Below, in pieces: positions 63,133 to 64,000 of a DNA stretch of 64,000 nucleotides; position 1 is the stretch's first letter, and each line of letters starts with the position of its first letter. A model generated the notes under the pieces. It was not told the DNA's origin and ran no database searches. It saw only the letters and a program-made list of their open reading frames with translations. Source of the stretch: an uncultured delta proteobacterium (GTDB lineage: Bacteria > Desulfobacterota > Binatia > UBA9968); NCBI GenBank assembly GCA_963755715.1, contig CAVWLW010000076.1, positions 1 to 64,000 of the forward strand, read 5' to 3'. Position numbers and translations under genes: made by a program.

Positions 63133-64000
63133 GCCGCCACGCTCGTCTGCGGGCGCTCACCGGCGTGAACGAAAAATCGCTGGGTGAGCTCATCGGAAAT
63201 GCCGTAGGCGGCGCGTTCGCACGCCGCAAGCAACGCGGAAAGCGGTTCCGCCTGGGATTCGCGCAGTTCTTCCAGATAAGAAAGATCGAAGCCGCGCAGC
63301 GCCTGGAGCAACGAACGCGGATTGTTCAGCGGCTCGAAGCCGAGCCGTGTTTTGATCAGGTCGAGCTGGCCAGTGAGCGCCGCGAACTGGAAACAAATCG
63401 AATGCGGATTCAACTCGTCGAGCAGCAGTAGGTCGAGGACCGGCAAGAGCTCGGGCTGGCGCTGGTAGCGCGCCCGGTAGGTCATGCTGATGTTGCCGAT
63501 TTCCAGCAAGGCGCCGAGCACCGTTTCGCGATCTTCCTCGGCCAAGCCGAGGATCTGAATCGTGACCGAGCTTAAAAACGCCATGCGTTCAAGCTGTCTT
63601 CCGATGACGAGAAATTGCCAAGCATCGTCCCGCGTCATGTCATCGAATGCGTAGCCGGCAAGCGCGGTGCAGGCGGGAATCACGCTGTCGAGGATCGTCA
63701 AAGCCGCTTCCAAATTTTGCGGCACCGGCTCGTGCATGCGGGCGAGGCGCTGGACGGTGCGCCAATGATCGACCGACATACGATCGCGCAGCTGGGTGGC
63801 GCAGTAAAAAAGCCGCCCCGTGTTGGCTGGAATACCGTTCCGCAACGACGGATCGCCGGCCGCCGCGATCACCCATTCCGGGGTCGCGCCGGCGGGCGGT
63901 TTTCTCTTTGCCGCTTGGCCGGATGTCGGCGCCGATGCAACCTCGCGCAAACGCGCCTTGTCAGCCAAGGCCGTGAGAATCTTGACGATCGCCAAGTGCG
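63129..64000 (-). CDS. Alpha-E domain (probably the C-terminus of a circularly permuted ATP-grasp fusion), partial at window edge
   Basis: RDRMSVDHWR, MTRDDAWQFL..GRQLER, YRARY, DELNPHS. Confidence 0.85.
   Translation of the reverse strand, partial: HLAIVKILTALADKARLREVASAPTSGQAAKRKPPAGATPEWVIAAAGDPSLRNGIPANTGRLFYCATQLRDRMSVDHWRTVQRLARMHEPVPQNLEAALTILDSVIPACTALAGYAFDDMTRDDAWQFLVIGRQLERMAFLSSVTIQILGLAEEDRETVLGALLEIGNISMTYRARYQRQPELLPVLDLLLLDELNPHSICFQFAALTGQLDLIKTRLGFEPLNNPRSLLQALRGFDLSYLEELRESQAEPLSALLAACERAAYGISDELTQRFFVHAGERPQTSVAA

Noticed and set aside
1-64000. Many split ORFs read as pseudogenes or programmed frameshifts
   Set aside because: Indels are scattered, some lie in homopolymers, and they hit conserved genes such as tatD and rdgB; sequencing error is the simpler explanation.
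1-64000. CRISPR array, tRNA or rRNA
   Set aside because: I saw no regularly spaced repeats or recognisable structural RNA genes by eye.

Overview
Bacterial genomic or metagenomic sequence with scattered single-base indels, probably long-read consensus errors. It appears to be two unrelated pieces joined at about 7.6-7.7 kb. Bases 1-7.6 kb are very indel-rich and encode a GntR/LacI regulator, a GH127-like glycosidase, RdgB, UspA and PdeM; the gene content looks planctomycete-like (inference). Bases 7.7-64 kb look deltaproteobacterial/Binatia-like (inference from gene content). This second part holds SBP/Bug/VOC/amidohydrolase genes, a cytochrome c plus beta-propeller pair, a MEDS-PAS hybrid kinase, a PolX-PHP lacking its catalytic aspartates, Tad and two type IV minor-pilin sets, and tmk-holB-metG-tatD. 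It also holds a ~17 kb minus-strand metal/iron-uptake cluster divergent from a DtxR/MntR regulator, and an alpha-E/transglutaminase module. The most notable signal lies in the iron cluster. Two small Mu Com-like zinc-ribbon genes are each followed by a near-identical 36-nt element (31/36 identical). In one copy the element overlaps an intrinsic terminator; in the other it overlaps an RBS-sequestering stem. A HemP gene is likewise followed by CCAGCCAG repeats. Together these suggest a cascade of small RNA-binding proteins and leader switches. Several non-autonomous TIR/REP elements are also present, one of which carries a DUF559 nuclease.
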